Part shown: in pieces, positions 53,424 to 62,935 of the stretch
Numbering within the stretch: position 1 is the first letter of the stretch
How the letters are laid out: every line of letters starts with the position of its first letter
Origin: Spirochaetales bacterium
GTDB lineage: Bacteria > Spirochaetota > Spirochaetia > DSM-27196 > SLST01
Assembly (NCBI GenBank): GCA_007127335.1
Contig: SKZO01000156.1
Location: 2,658-66,657, forward strand
Length of the DNA stretch: 64,000 bases
Direction of reading: 5' to 3'
Notes under the pieces: generated by a model
Databases searched by the model: none
What the model was told of the DNA's origin: nothing
The model's input: the letters and a program-made list of their open reading frames with translations, nothing else
Made by a program: the position numbers and the translations under genes

Positions 53424-54905
53424 TTACCGGACAAGCCCGATAACGAACTCGCGTCCCTGTCGGGCAACGCGGAACACGAGTTCGCTGTCGCCTTGTCCGT
53501 TCAGGATCCGGTAGAAGTCAGCCAGTTCCGTTATCTCCTCGTTGTTGACGCGGCGGATGATATCTCCGCGCCGCAGGCCGGCTTCCACGGCGGGGCCACC
53601 GGCGATCACGTCCGCGATGACCACGCTGCCTGACTCATTGCGAAGGCCCAGGCTCTCGCGCATCTCGCGGGACAGTGGCATCACAATCAGACCGGGCCAG
53701 AAGTCCATACCCGCCAGGTCTGCCTCGTTCAGCCTTCGGCCAATCTCCACGCGGCGCGTCGTGAGCCTGCCGTCCCGCCAGAGGCGGAACGTGGCGACTC
53801 GCCCGGGTTCCAGATCCGCAACCACGTTCACGAGGTCGGTCCACTGGCCTATCCGGCGGCCGTCGATCTCTATGACGATGTCCCCCGGCTGCATGCCGGC
53901 CAGCGCCGCGGGCGATCCTTCGTAGACGCTCCCGACGAGCGCGCCGCGTGCCTCTACCGCAAGGCTGCGAGCGACGTCGGCGGTCATCGCGCCACCGTAG
54001 CCTATCCCCAGCCACCCATACTCCACGGCGCCGACGTTTATGAACTCGTCGATCGCCCGCTTCGCATTGTTGATCGGTATCGCGAATCCGAGTCCAACAC
54101 TTCCGCCGGACTGGCTTGCGATCCACGTATTGATGCCGATCACTTCACCGGCGAGATTGACAAGCGCCCCGCCGGAGTTGCCCTGGTTGATCGCCGCATC
54201 AGTCTGTATGTAGTCGGTCAGGGCAGCGATCCGACTCGTGGCGTTCGGCCGACGCCCGACCGCGCTGATGATACCTGAGGTGACCGTCGACTCGAACCCG
54301 AGCGGATTGCCGACTGCGAACACCCAGTCTCCAACCGTGACCTCATCACTGTCTCCAAGCCTCGCGACCGGCACCTCTTCCGGGGTATCGAACACGACGA
54401 GTGCGAGGTCACGCCGCTCGTCGGTTCCCACGCGCGCGGCGTCAAACGATCGGCCGTCGTGGAGGCTCACGGTGATTTCATCGGCGGTCCCAACGACATG
54501 CGCATTCGTCAGAACGTAGACACGATCGCCCACGCGCCTGACAATGACCCCCGAACCGAGCCCGGGCCGCCGAAACTCACGCTCCTGCGGTTCTTCGTCG
54601 GTTCGAGGACCAAAGAAGAAACTGAAGGGGTTCTGGACGGTCGGGACCCGCTGCGTGACAACATCGACTACATCTATCTTCACGACAACCGGCAGGGCCT
54701 CATGAGCGGCTCTGCGGAAGGCGTTCTGGTAGGCCCAGAGGATTTCTTCACTCGCGGGGGTGTCGAGTGAGGGGGGGCCGCCTTCGGCGGTGCTCTGCGC
54801 CTGGACCCTCGGAAGGAACGAGCCTCCCGGGAACGCTGCCAGAACGACCACCGCAAAGCCGATCATGATGTTTCGAAGTCGTACACTCCAGAACGACCGG
54901 TTCAT
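53424..54905 (-). CDS. htrA: periplasmic serine endoprotease HtrA/DegP/DegQ family with two PDZ domains
   Basis: Signal/anchor MNRSFWSVRLRNIMIGFAVVVLAAFPG. Catalytic triad context LTNAHVVG, RDLALVVF, QGNSGGALVN. Two PDZ-like segments (AGMQPGDIVIEIDG; AGLRRGDIIRRVNN). The track extension to 55109 overlaps the kinase gene. Confidence 0.9.
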   Translation of the reverse strand: MNRSFWSVRLRNIMIGFAVVVLAAFPGGSFLPRVQAQSTAEGGPPSLDTPASEEILWAYQNAFRRAAHEALPVVVKIDVVDVVTQRVPTVQNPFSFFFGPRTDEEPQEREFRRPGLGSGVIVRRVGDRVYVLTNAHVVGTADEITVSLHDGRSFDAARVGTDERRDLALVVFDTPEEVPVARLGDSDEVTVGDWVFAVGNPLGFESTVTSGIISAVGRRPNATSRIAALTDYIQTDAAINQGNSGGALVNLAGEVIGINTWIASQSGGSVGLGFAIPINNAKRAIDEFINVGAVEYGWLGIGYGGAMTADVARSLAVEARGALVGSVYEGSPAALAGMQPGDIVIEIDGRRIGQWTDLVNVVADLEPGRVATFRLWRDGRLTTRRVEIGRRLNEADLAGMDFWPGLIVMPLSREMRESLGLRNESGSVVIADVIAGGPAVEAGLRRGDIIRRVNNEEITELADFYRILNGQGDSELVFRVARQGREFVIGLVR

Positions 54906-54951
54906 GGTGCAGAGTATAGAGGCAGACTGTTGCAGCAACCTTGCTGCAGCC

Positions 54952-56442
54952 TTACACTTTTGTAATGTTGCAGGGCAGAATGACGGTGAAGCGGGTGCCG
55001 TCGTCGACCGAGCTCGAGACATCAACCCTGCCCAGATGCGCCTGCACGATCGCCCGCACGAGCGCCAGCCCCAGCCCGAGCCCGTCCCGGCGGTCCCCGG
55101 CACCCTCACCGCGATAGAGCCGGTTCCAGATCCTGTTCAGATCCGACTCCGGGATCGCAGGCCCCTGATTGGTGACGCAGAGCTCGACCTCACCGTCGTG
55201 CCCGCCTCTGACCCGCCCGGTCACGACGACGTCGCTTCCCGAGCGCCCGTACTTCACCGCATTGTCGTACAGGTTGCCGATCACCTGACGCATCCGGGCG
55301 GGGTCCGCGTACACGATCAGCTCATCGTCGGCTTCGACCCGGATACGCATCCGTGCCTCGTCGGCCAGTAGCGAGTAGACCTCCGCGACCTCGCGCGCGA
55401 GTCTTGCGAGATCCACGGGCCTGCGGTTCAGTCTCATCGCGCCGCTCTCGGCCTCCGAGATATCCATCATCGCGTTGAGCATGCCCAGGATCCGGTCAGA
55501 CTCCTCGAGCGCATCGCTCAAGGCCTCCCGGCTCGTCTCGTGGTCCGCCTCCTCGCTGAGGGCGCGCTCGGCCGTGCTGCGCAGACGCGTCAGCGGCGTG
55601 CGCAGATCGTGCGCCACCGAATCGAGCGAATCGCGCAGACCGGTCACGAGCGACTGGATGCGATCGAGCATCGCGTTGACGGATCCGATCATCTCGTCCA
55701 GGTCGTCATTCGAGTGGCGCGCGGGAATGCGTCGATCGAGCTCTCCGGTCTCGATGATGGACCGCACGGTCTGGTTGAGCGCGCCGATCGGCCTCAGCGA
55801 GCGCGCCGCGAAGAAGAGCCCTCCGGCGAGGCTCACTCCGAGCATGACGGAGAACGTCAGCAGAAAGCTTCTCCGGAAGAGCCTCAGGAGATTTCCCCGG
55901 TTGCGTGTATCGCCGCCTATCTGAAGCACGTAGTTTTCCGAGAGGCGGACTCCCAACACCTCGAGCTCGTAATCGAGCCGATCGGCCGAGATCGTCAAAA
56001 AGCCCTCGGCGTGTGGCGTGCGGCCTTCGTCGAGAATCGAGAGGTCGAACTCCTGCCACTCCCGGACGGGAATCGCGAGAAAGACCGGAACGTTTCCGGT
56101 GGTCGCAATCCGAGCAAAGAACGGACGGCCGGCAGGGGTGAGCACATCGTTGCTCAGTTCGTTCACGAGAAAGGTGATGCCCGAGCGCTCGTTCACTGCC
56201 GTGCGGAATCGCACGACGTAACCGAGCGCACGTGCCTGCAGGTCCTGGCGGTCCTCCTCGCGCAGCGTCTGAAAGAGGTTGGCGAAGGTGAACCCGTAGA
56301 GCACGAGGGCCGAGACGAGGAAGACGACGGAAAACCAGAGGGTGAGCCTGACGTCGATCCGCCGGAGCAGCCTGCCGAACGATCGGTCCGAACGCCCGGC
56401 CTCAGGTCCTGTCAACAGTCGGTGTTCTGAGGACATAGCCAA
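54952..56442 (-). CDS. sensor histidine kinase (two TM, HAMP, HisKA, HATPase_c)
   Basis: TM1 LTLWFSVVFLVSALVLYGF, TM2 FLLTFSVMLGVSLAGGLFF, H-box SVAHDLRTPLTRL, N/G boxes VIGNLYDNAVKY and GLGLGLALVRAIV. Confidence 0.87.
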   Translation of the reverse strand: MAMSSEHRLLTGPEAGRSDRSFGRLLRRIDVRLTLWFSVVFLVSALVLYGFTFANLFQTLREEDRQDLQARALGYVVRFRTAVNERSGITFLVNELSNDVLTPAGRPFFARIATTGNVPVFLAIPVREWQEFDLSILDEGRTPHAEGFLTISADRLDYELEVLGVRLSENYVLQIGGDTRNRGNLLRLFRRSFLLTFSVMLGVSLAGGLFFAARSLRPIGALNQTVRSIIETGELDRRIPARHSNDDLDEMIGSVNAMLDRIQSLVTGLRDSLDSVAHDLRTPLTRLRSTAERALSEEADHETSREALSDALEESDRILGMLNAMMDISEAESGAMRLNRRPVDLARLAREVAEVYSLLADEARMRIRVEADDELIVYADPARMRQVIGNLYDNAVKYGRSGSDVVVTGRVRGGHDGEVELCVTNQGPAIPESDLNRIWNRLYRGEGAGDRRDGLGLGLALVRAIVQAHLGRVDVSSSVDDGTRFTVILPCNITKV

Positions 56443-57091
56443 CTCCGCGCACGGTATGAATGAGCTTCACGGGGAAGTCCTTGTCTATCTTGCTTCGCAG
56501 GCGGGAGACCAGCACGTCAACGACGTTCGTCTGCGGATCGAAGTCGTAGTCCCACACGTGTTCCATGATCATCGTCTTGGAGAGGACCCGGTTGGCATTG
56601 CGCATCAGGTATTCGAGCAGGGAGAACTCGCGGGGCTGCAGCTCGATCACGGTACCGCCCCGGCGCACCACGCGGGCGAGCAAATCGACCTCCAGGTCCG
56701 CCACCGAGAGCCTGGTGGGGGCCGTCCCCTGCGCAGACCGGCGAATGAGCGCCTGCACCCTGACGAGGAGCTCCGAGAAGGAAAACGGCTTCGTCAGGTA
56801 GTCATCGCCGCCGCTGGTGAACCCCTGCACGCGATCCTCGACGGACCGTTTGGCGCTCAGGACGAGCATTGGTGTCGTCACCCCCTGCTCGCGGAGCGCC
56901 GCGATCAGAGACAACCCGTCCATCCCGGGCAGCATCACATCCACCACGGCGGCGTCGTAAGCACCGCCGGCGAGTCGCGGCAGCGCCTCCTCGGCCCGGT
57001 CGACATGGTCCACGGCATACCCGGACTCGCGAAGCCCGCGGGCCACGAAACCGCCGATCTTGGGGTCGTCCTCAACCACTATGACGCGCAC
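56402..57091 (-). CDS. OmpR/PhoB-family response regulator
   Basis: Receiver domain: VIVVEDDPKIG, VVDVMLPGMDG, YLTKPFSFSELL. Winged-helix output domain: LQPREFSLLEYLMRN, IHTVRGVGYVL. GTG start at 57091 overlaps the mnmA stop by 20 nt. Confidence 0.9.
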   Translation of the reverse strand: MRVIVVEDDPKIGGFVARGLRESGYAVDHVDRAEEALPRLAGGAYDAAVVDVMLPGMDGLSLIAALREQGVTTPMLVLSAKRSVEDRVQGFTSGGDDYLTKPFSFSELLVRVQALIRRSAQGTAPTRLSVADLEVDLLARVVRRGGTVIELQPREFSLLEYLMRNANRVLSKTMIMEHVWDYDFDPQTNVVDVLVSRLRSKIDKDFPVKLIHTVRGVGYVLRTPTVDRT

Positions 57092-58160
57092 CGCCGTCCT
57101 CCTGCTCTATCGTCCCGCACCCGAGACAGATGTCGCCATCGTAGAAGACCGCGTACTGCCCGGGCGCCACCCCGCGGTCTGAGCGGTCCATCACGACGTC
57201 GATCGTATCATCATCGAACCACTTGATCGACGCGTCGGTCAGTGCGGGGCCGTGGCGAATCTTGATCGCCAGGCGCTCCTGCCGCGGAGGCCGCCAGATC
57301 CACGAGAGGTCCTTCACGACGAATTCGCGCCGGGCGCGCTGTGGAGCGGTGTCGGCGTGGGAGACGTAGAGCGTGTTGCGCTCGGTATCCTTGCGAACGA
57401 CGTACCACGGCCCGCCGCCGAGTCCGAGCCCCGTACGCTGACCGATGGTGTAGAACCAGTAGCCTCGGTGCTCGCCAAGAACCGCTCCGCCGTCCAGATC
57501 GACGATGGGGCCGCGGCGCTCGCCGAGGTAGTGCGACACGAACTGCGGGTACCGGACGTTCCCGAGAAAGCAGATACCCTGGCTGTCGCGTCGGTCCTTG
57601 TTCGGCAGATCGAGCTCGTCCGCGCGCCGTCGCACCTCCTCCTTGCGGCAGCCTCCGATCGGAAACGCGATGCGCCTCAGTTGCTCCTGGCGCAGATGCG
57701 ACAGGAAGTAGGTCTGATCCTTCACCGGATCGGGCGATCGAGCGAGCTCCACGTGATCGCCGCGATCGATGATCTGCGCGTAGTGGCCGGTCGCGATCTT
57801 CGTGTCCGGCCCACCTTCGAGCTCACTGAGCCGGTCGAGAAACGCTCCGAACTTGATCCTCTCGTTGCACAGGACATCCGGGCTCGGAGTACACCCGGCG
57901 CGAAGCTGGGCAAGCGCATCGTTGACGACGCGCTCGTAGTACTCGAGTTGCAGCGGAATCACCCGCAAATCGACGCTGAACCGTTCGCAGACTGCGCGCG
58001 CGTAGGACAGGTCCTCCTCCCAGGGGCACCCCAGGTGATCCAGCTCGTCCTCCAGCCACACTTTGAGATAGTATGCGGTGACCGGCTGCCCGGCACGCAC
58101 GACCTCTGCAAGGGCTGTGGAGCTGTCGACTCCCCCTGAGAGGAGTAGTGCGTAGCGCAT
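57072..58160 (-). CDS. mnmA: tRNA-specific 2-thiouridylase MnmA
   Basis: PP-loop LLLSGGVDSSTAL, CNERIKFG, ATGHYA, DQTYFL, SQGICFLG. Confidence 0.93.
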   Translation of the reverse strand: MRYALLLSGGVDSSTALAEVVRAGQPVTAYYLKVWLEDELDHLGCPWEEDLSYARAVCERFSVDLRVIPLQLEYYERVVNDALAQLRAGCTPSPDVLCNERIKFGAFLDRLSELEGGPDTKIATGHYAQIIDRGDHVELARSPDPVKDQTYFLSHLRQEQLRRIAFPIGGCRKEEVRRRADELDLPNKDRRDSQGICFLGNVRYPQFVSHYLGERRGPIVDLDGGAVLGEHRGYWFYTIGQRTGLGLGGGPWYVVRKDTERNTLYVSHADTAPQRARREFVVKDLSWIWRPPRQERLAIKIRHGPALTDASIKWFDDDTIDVVMDRSDRGVAPGQYAVFYDGDICLGCGTIEQEDGGARHSG

Positions 58161-58210
58161 GCAGCTAATCTACGGGCGTGATATGCTGGTGTCCAGCTGG
58201 AGGATTTTGT

Positions 58211-58239
58211 TTGCCGGTAGCTGGCGAGCCGGTTACATT
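58211..58239 (+). promoter_or_regulatory. candidate sigma70-type promoter for the mevalonate operon (TTGCCG-N17-TACATT)
   Basis: Hexamers at 58211-58216 and 58234-58239 with a 17-nt spacer, 39 nt upstream of the mvaS start. Followed by the inverted repeat CTACA-T-TGTAG at 58249-58259. Pattern match only. Confidence 0.2.
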
Positions 58240-58277
58240 AGACGCACTCTACATTGTAGACGTTTGGGCGGAGTGAA

Positions 58278-59594
58278 ATGGAAGAGAAAAAAGTAGGGCT
58301 GAGCGACCTCGAGATTTACGTCCCGGAGCCGCGCATAGGGCTCGATTCGCTGCTCTCGTACCGCGCGGCCGAAGACCCCGGTATCGAGCGGCGCTTGAGA
58401 CGGGCGATTGAGAAGACGGGCCAGGAGGCGTTCCGCTTCCCCGCGCCGTGGGAGGACAGCGCGACGCTTGCGGCGCAGGCCTCGTACTCGCTGCTCCGGC
58501 GAAACGTGGAAAGCACGAAGAGGCTGCGGTACATAGGCACGGGAACTGAGACGACCGTCGATCAATCGAAGCCGCTCGCCGCGTACCTCGAAGGAATGCT
58601 GCAGAACGCGGGGGTGCAGGTCCCCGAAACCCTCATGACCTTCCAGTCCCAGCACGCGTGCGCCGGGGGAACGATCGCGATGCTGAGCATCGCGGCGATG
58701 CTCGCCCAGAGCCCGCACGACGAGAGCGGCCTCGTGGTCAGCTCGGACATCGCCCGCTACGATGTCCCGTCGACCGCAGAGATCACGCAGGGCGCCGGCG
58801 CGGTGAGCCTGCTCGTCGAAAAGGACCCGCAGCTCCTGGAGATCGATCTCCAGACTCAGGGACTCTGCTCCCGCGATGTCGACGACTTCTTCCGTCCAAA
58901 CGGATCGACGACGGCCAGAGTGAAGGGCGCCTACTCCATGCAGTGCTACAACGAGGCGCTCGACGTAGCATTCGAGGACTACTGCAGCAGGCGCGGCCGG
59001 TCTGCGCAGGAGGTCCTCCACGAGACGGACATGTTCGTCTTTCACGTTCCATTCAGGATGATGGCGCTCAGCGCCCTCCATCGGCTCGTGTCGAACCACA
59101 CGGGGATGCACGGCGACGAGCTCAACGCATTCGTCAACGAACGGGGCTTCGAGCAATCGCTCGAGCCGAACGCGAAGGTAGGGAATCTCTACACCGCGAG
59201 CATCTTCTTCGCGCTCGCCTTTCTCCTGCGTGAACGGTACCAGAAGTTCGGCAGGGATATCGTCGGCAAGTCGATGCTGATGGTCTCCTACGGCTCAGGG
59301 AACACGATGCTCATACTGTCGGCCACGGTGGCCCCGGGCGCGCCGGAAGTGATCGAGAGCTGGGACCTCAACGCCGTCTTCAGAGACGAACGAGACGCGA
59401 CCTGCGATGAATACGAGACCTGGCTGCGTGCTCCTCACGGGTCCGAAAGGCTGCGGGAGATCCTCTCCGAAACGGATGTCCCCCCCGGCCGGTTCTTCCT
59501 GTCTTCCATACGTGAGGACGGGTACCGTGAGTACGGCTTCGCGCACGTCCCCGCAACAAAACCCGCGTCATGGGCCGCGACAACGACGCAATAA
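58278..59594 (+). CDS. mvaS: hydroxymethylglutaryl-CoA synthase
   Basis: Thiolase-fold initiation-enzyme pattern: LEIYVPEPRIGLDSL, catalytic Cys context QSQHACAGGT, VFHVPFRMM, GNLYTASIFFAL. First gene of the mevalonate operon. Confidence 0.85.
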   Translation: MEEKKVGLSDLEIYVPEPRIGLDSLLSYRAAEDPGIERRLRRAIEKTGQEAFRFPAPWEDSATLAAQASYSLLRRNVESTKRLRYIGTGTETTVDQSKPLAAYLEGMLQNAGVQVPETLMTFQSQHACAGGTIAMLSIAAMLAQSPHDESGLVVSSDIARYDVPSTAEITQGAGAVSLLVEKDPQLLEIDLQTQGLCSRDVDDFFRPNGSTTARVKGAYSMQCYNEALDVAFEDYCSRRGRSAQEVLHETDMFVFHVPFRMMALSALHRLVSNHTGMHGDELNAFVNERGFEQSLEPNAKVGNLYTASIFFALAFLLRERYQKFGRDIVGKSMLMVSYGSGNTMLILSATVAPGAPEVIESWDLNAVFRDERDATCDEYETWLRAPHGSERLREILSETDVPPGRFFLSSIREDGYREYGFAHVPATKPASWAATTTQ

Positions 59595-60688
59595 CCGAGC
59601 GCAAGGCGCAGCACCTCGATATCTGCTCGGACTCCGAGCACTATGAGGTGGAGGGTGGCTCCACCCTGCTCGATGACCTGCGCTTCGTCCACCGCGCGCT
59701 TCCTGAGGTAAACGAGGCCGACGTCGATCTCCGGACGTCCTTTCTCGATACACCTGTCTCGATGCCGATCTTCATCTCCTCCATGACGGGGGGATCGGCC
59801 GAGGGCTATCGGGTGAACCGACTGCTCGCGCAGATAGCCCAGGATGCGGGCATCCCCGTCGGGACCGGATCCATCCGGATCCTCTTTCGAAAGCCCGAGG
59901 TCATCGATCACTTCATGCTGAAGCGGATCGCCTCGCGAGTCCCGGTCTTCGCCAACATAGGCGGAGTGCAACTCGTTGACCCGGCGCACGGCCCGCTGCT
60001 CGAGCTCGTGAAACGGCTCGAAGTCGATGCGGTTGCGGTCCATCTCAATCCGGGACAGGAGATCGTTCAGCCGGAGGGCGACCGCGTCTTCGAAGGGGTG
60101 CTCGACGGGATCGCGAGACTGTGCGACCGTTCACCCGTGCCGGTCATCGTCAAGGAGACGGGGTTCGGAATCGGACCGCACGAGGCGGCCATGCTCGTCG
60201 ACCGGGGAGTCCGCTACGTCGACGTCGCCGGATGCGGCGGTACCAACTGGGTCACCGTTGAACGGTACCGCATGGATGACGCGGATCAGGCGGTCGCGGC
60301 TGAGTTTGCCGACTGGGGCATACCTACCGGCGTAGCGGTCGCGGCGGCCGGCTCCCTGCCGGGACGCATCCTCGCCTCCGGAGGCATCCGGTCGGGGATG
60401 GACGTCGCGAAGACGATCGCCCTTGGCGCGGAGGCGGCGGGACTCGCCCTGCCCTTCGCACGCGCGGTCGTCTCCAGCGGCTACGAAGGCGGCCTTGCGC
60501 TCGCCGAACGGATACGTGCGGTCCTGCGCTCGGTGATGGTGCTCACTGGATCGCCGACGATCGCCGCTCTGCGGCGCGCCGCTGTGATCAGATCGCAGAG
60601 GTTCGTGCAGATGACGGCATCGTTGCGGGAGGCCGATGCCGCGCGCCGCGACGTCGCGGCAGGCGGCACGGCGGTCGGCGATGGGTGA
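59570..60688 (+). CDS. fni: type 2 isopentenyl-diphosphate delta-isomerase (FMN-dependent IDI-2)
   Basis: RKAQHLDIC, PIFISSMTGGS, VIVKETGFGIG, DVAGCGGTNW, ASGGIRSGMDVAKTIALGA. Confidence 0.9.
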   Translation: MGRDNDAITERKAQHLDICSDSEHYEVEGGSTLLDDLRFVHRALPEVNEADVDLRTSFLDTPVSMPIFISSMTGGSAEGYRVNRLLAQIAQDAGIPVGTGSIRILFRKPEVIDHFMLKRIASRVPVFANIGGVQLVDPAHGPLLELVKRLEVDAVAVHLNPGQEIVQPEGDRVFEGVLDGIARLCDRSPVPVIVKETGFGIGPHEAAMLVDRGVRYVDVAGCGGTNWVTVERYRMDDADQAVAAEFADWGIPTGVAVAAAGSLPGRILASGGIRSGMDVAKTIALGAEAAGLALPFARAVVSSGYEGGLALAERIRAVLRSVMVLTGSPTIAALRRAAVIRSQRFVQMTASLREADAARRDVAAGGTAVGDG

Positions 60689-61979
60689 TCGGCTGCCGGG
60701 GGACTTCAGGAAGTCGACGGTCGACGAACGCAGGCATATGGTCGCCGGCGCCCACCCCGGCCTGGATGCGACTGCCTTCGGTCGGGACGACGAGATGGTC
60801 GAGCTCGCCGATGTCATGGTCGAATCGTCGGTCGGCTATCTCGCGCTGCCGCTCGGCGTCGCAACCGGTTTCCTGATCGACGGTGAACGGGTCGATGTAC
60901 CGCTCGCGACCGAAGAGCCCTCAGTCATCGCCGCGTCGACCTATGCCGCCCGGATCATCGCCCGCGGGGGCGGGTTCGAGACGACCGGCGGTGAGACCAT
61001 CACGACCGGACAGATCTACGTGGAGCATGCAGCACCGGATGCCGATCAACGGATAGTGGCGCACGAAGAGCGGCTGCGCCTCACGGTGGCGCCTCTGCTC
61101 GCCGCGATGGAAGCGCGTGGCGGCGGATGGCGGGGGATCCGCAGTTGCCGACTCCCCGACAGCGGGTTGCTGCGGCTCGAGGTGGACATAGACACCCGTG
61201 ACGCGATGGGGGCAAACCTCGTCAACTCGGTAGTCGAGCACCTGAGACAGGACGTTGAGGCGTTGAGCAGCGGACGGGTCGTCATGGCGATTCTCTCGAA
61301 TGCCGGGACGAGACGTATCCGGCGCGCTCGAATTGCAGTCCCGGTGTCGATCCTCGCACGAGGAGGAGTCCCGGGCCCGGAGGTCGCGCGTCGCATCGTA
61401 CTGGCAAATGACATAGCCAGGGAGGACCCGGCTCGGGCCGTGACGCACAACAAGGGAATCATGAACGGCGTGACCGCACTCGCACTCGCCACCGGCAACG
61501 ATACGCGGGCGGTCGAAGCGGCTGCTCACGCGTACGCGTCACGAGACGGGACGTACCGTGCTCTGACCCGCTACCGTCTCGACGAGCGGCCCGACGGCAG
61601 CCGCCTGCTGCGCGGGGAGCTCGAAATGCCGGTGCCGCTCGGGACGGTGGGCGGGGCCATCGGCATCCACCCGACCGCCCGGGCCTCGCTCGCCCTGCTC
61701 GGAGACCCGGATGCCGCGACGCTCGCAGGCATCGCAGTCTCAGCGGGGCTTGCCCAGAATCTCGCGGCGCTCACCGCGCTCGTGACCGAGGGCATCCAGC
61801 GCGGACACATGGGGCTCCACGCGGAGCGCGTGGCATGGGTCGCGGGAGCTCGCGGTGAGGAACGACGGCTCGTGGCCGCGGCGATGAGGGCGCGCGGCGA
61901 GTACGGCACGAACGCCGCGAAGGAGGCGCTCGCAGAGGTACGCTCGCAGGGGGGTGCCCGCAAAGGTGCCGAACGATGA
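60681..61979 (+). CDS. mvaA: class II hydroxymethylglutaryl-CoA reductase
   Basis: PLATEEPSVIAAS, TRDAMGANLVN, HNKGIMNG and PLGTVGG are class II (degradative-type/bacterial) motifs. ATG 60681 overlaps the fni stop by 8 nt. Confidence 0.9.
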   Translation: MGDRLPGDFRKSTVDERRHMVAGAHPGLDATAFGRDDEMVELADVMVESSVGYLALPLGVATGFLIDGERVDVPLATEEPSVIAASTYAARIIARGGGFETTGGETITTGQIYVEHAAPDADQRIVAHEERLRLTVAPLLAAMEARGGGWRGIRSCRLPDSGLLRLEVDIDTRDAMGANLVNSVVEHLRQDVEALSSGRVVMAILSNAGTRRIRRARIAVPVSILARGGVPGPEVARRIVLANDIAREDPARAVTHNKGIMNGVTALALATGNDTRAVEAAAHAYASRDGTYRALTRYRLDERPDGSRLLRGELEMPVPLGTVGGAIGIHPTARASLALLGDPDAATLAGIAVSAGLAQNLAALTALVTEGIQRGHMGLHAERVAWVAGARGEERRLVAAAMRARGEYGTNAAKEALAEVRSQGGARKGAER

Positions 61980-62935
61980 GCGTCGTGGCGAGCGCCTCGG
62001 CAAGCCTCGCACTCGTCAAGTACTGGGGCAAGCTGCCGTACGGAACGAACCTGCCGGCGACACCGAGCCTGGCAATCAGCCTCAATGAGCTGCGCACCGT
62101 CACCCGCATCACGGAGGTGGCGGCGGAAGCGCCGGGCGACTCGGTTCACATCAACGGGCGGCCATGCCCGCCGCAACGCTTCACGCCCATGATCGACCGG
62201 TTTCGCGAGATCGGAGAGTCAACCACGAGGATCCTCGTGGAGAGCGACAATACCTTTCCCACGGCCGCGGGCCTCGCCTCATCATCTTCCGGATTCGCGG
62301 CCCTCGCGATCGGGCTCGACGCCTTCTACCGGACCCGCCTGTCGAGGAGCGAGCTCTCCGCTGAGGCGCGTCAGGGCTCCGGCAGCGCCTGCCGGTCGGT
62401 GTACGGCGGGTTCACCGCCTGGGAGAGAGGAGCCGACCACGCGGAGCAGATCCACACCGCCGACCACTGGCCGCAGCTTCGCCTGTTGATCGTCGTGCTG
62501 ACTCGCGCTGAGAAGCCGGTCTCCTCACGTCAGGGAATGAACGCGACGGCCGCCACATCTCCGGTGTACCGGATGTGGTGCGATGAATCGCAGCGCATCT
62601 ACGATCGAGCCCGTACCGCCCTCGACCGACGTGACCTCGACGCGCTGGGCACGGCGATGCGCGAGAGCTACCTCTTCATGTTCTCCACGATGTTCACCTC
62701 TCGCCCGCCGCTTATTTACTGGCTTCCGGAGAGCCTTGCGGTGATCCGTGAGGCCGAGGACATGCGCCGCCTTGGTATCCCGGTCTGGGAGACGATGGAC
62801 GCCGGGCCGCAGGTCAAGCTGTTGACCGTGGAGGATCAGGTGCCGGCGGTGAGCGAGCGCCTGCGCACGGCCGTTCCGCAGGCGTCGATTCTGGTGTCGT
62901 CGGTGGGGGGTGAGCCGGAGGCAGGCGATGTCTGA
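61976..62935 (+). CDS. mvaD: diphosphomevalonate decarboxylase
   Basis: ASASLALVKYWGK, FPTAAGLASSSSGFAALA (GHMP motif), DAGPQVKLL. ATGA overlap with mvaA. Confidence 0.9.
   Translation: MSVVASASASLALVKYWGKLPYGTNLPATPSLAISLNELRTVTRITEVAAEAPGDSVHINGRPCPPQRFTPMIDRFREIGESTTRILVESDNTFPTAAGLASSSSGFAALAIGLDAFYRTRLSRSELSAEARQGSGSACRSVYGGFTAWERGADHAEQIHTADHWPQLRLLIVVLTRAEKPVSSRQGMNATAATSPVYRMWCDESQRIYDRARTALDRRDLDALGTAMRESYLFMFSTMFTSRPPLIYWLPESLAVIREAEDMRRLGIPVWETMDAGPQVKLLTVEDQVPAVSERLRTAVPQASILVSSVGGEPEAGDV

Noticed and set aside
54906-55109. 68-codon N-terminal extension of htrA.
   Set aside because: It overlaps the histidine-kinase 3' end and is Gly/Arg/Trp-rich. ATG 54905 yields a proper signal/anchor sequence (MNRSFWSVRLRNIMIGFAVVVLAAF).
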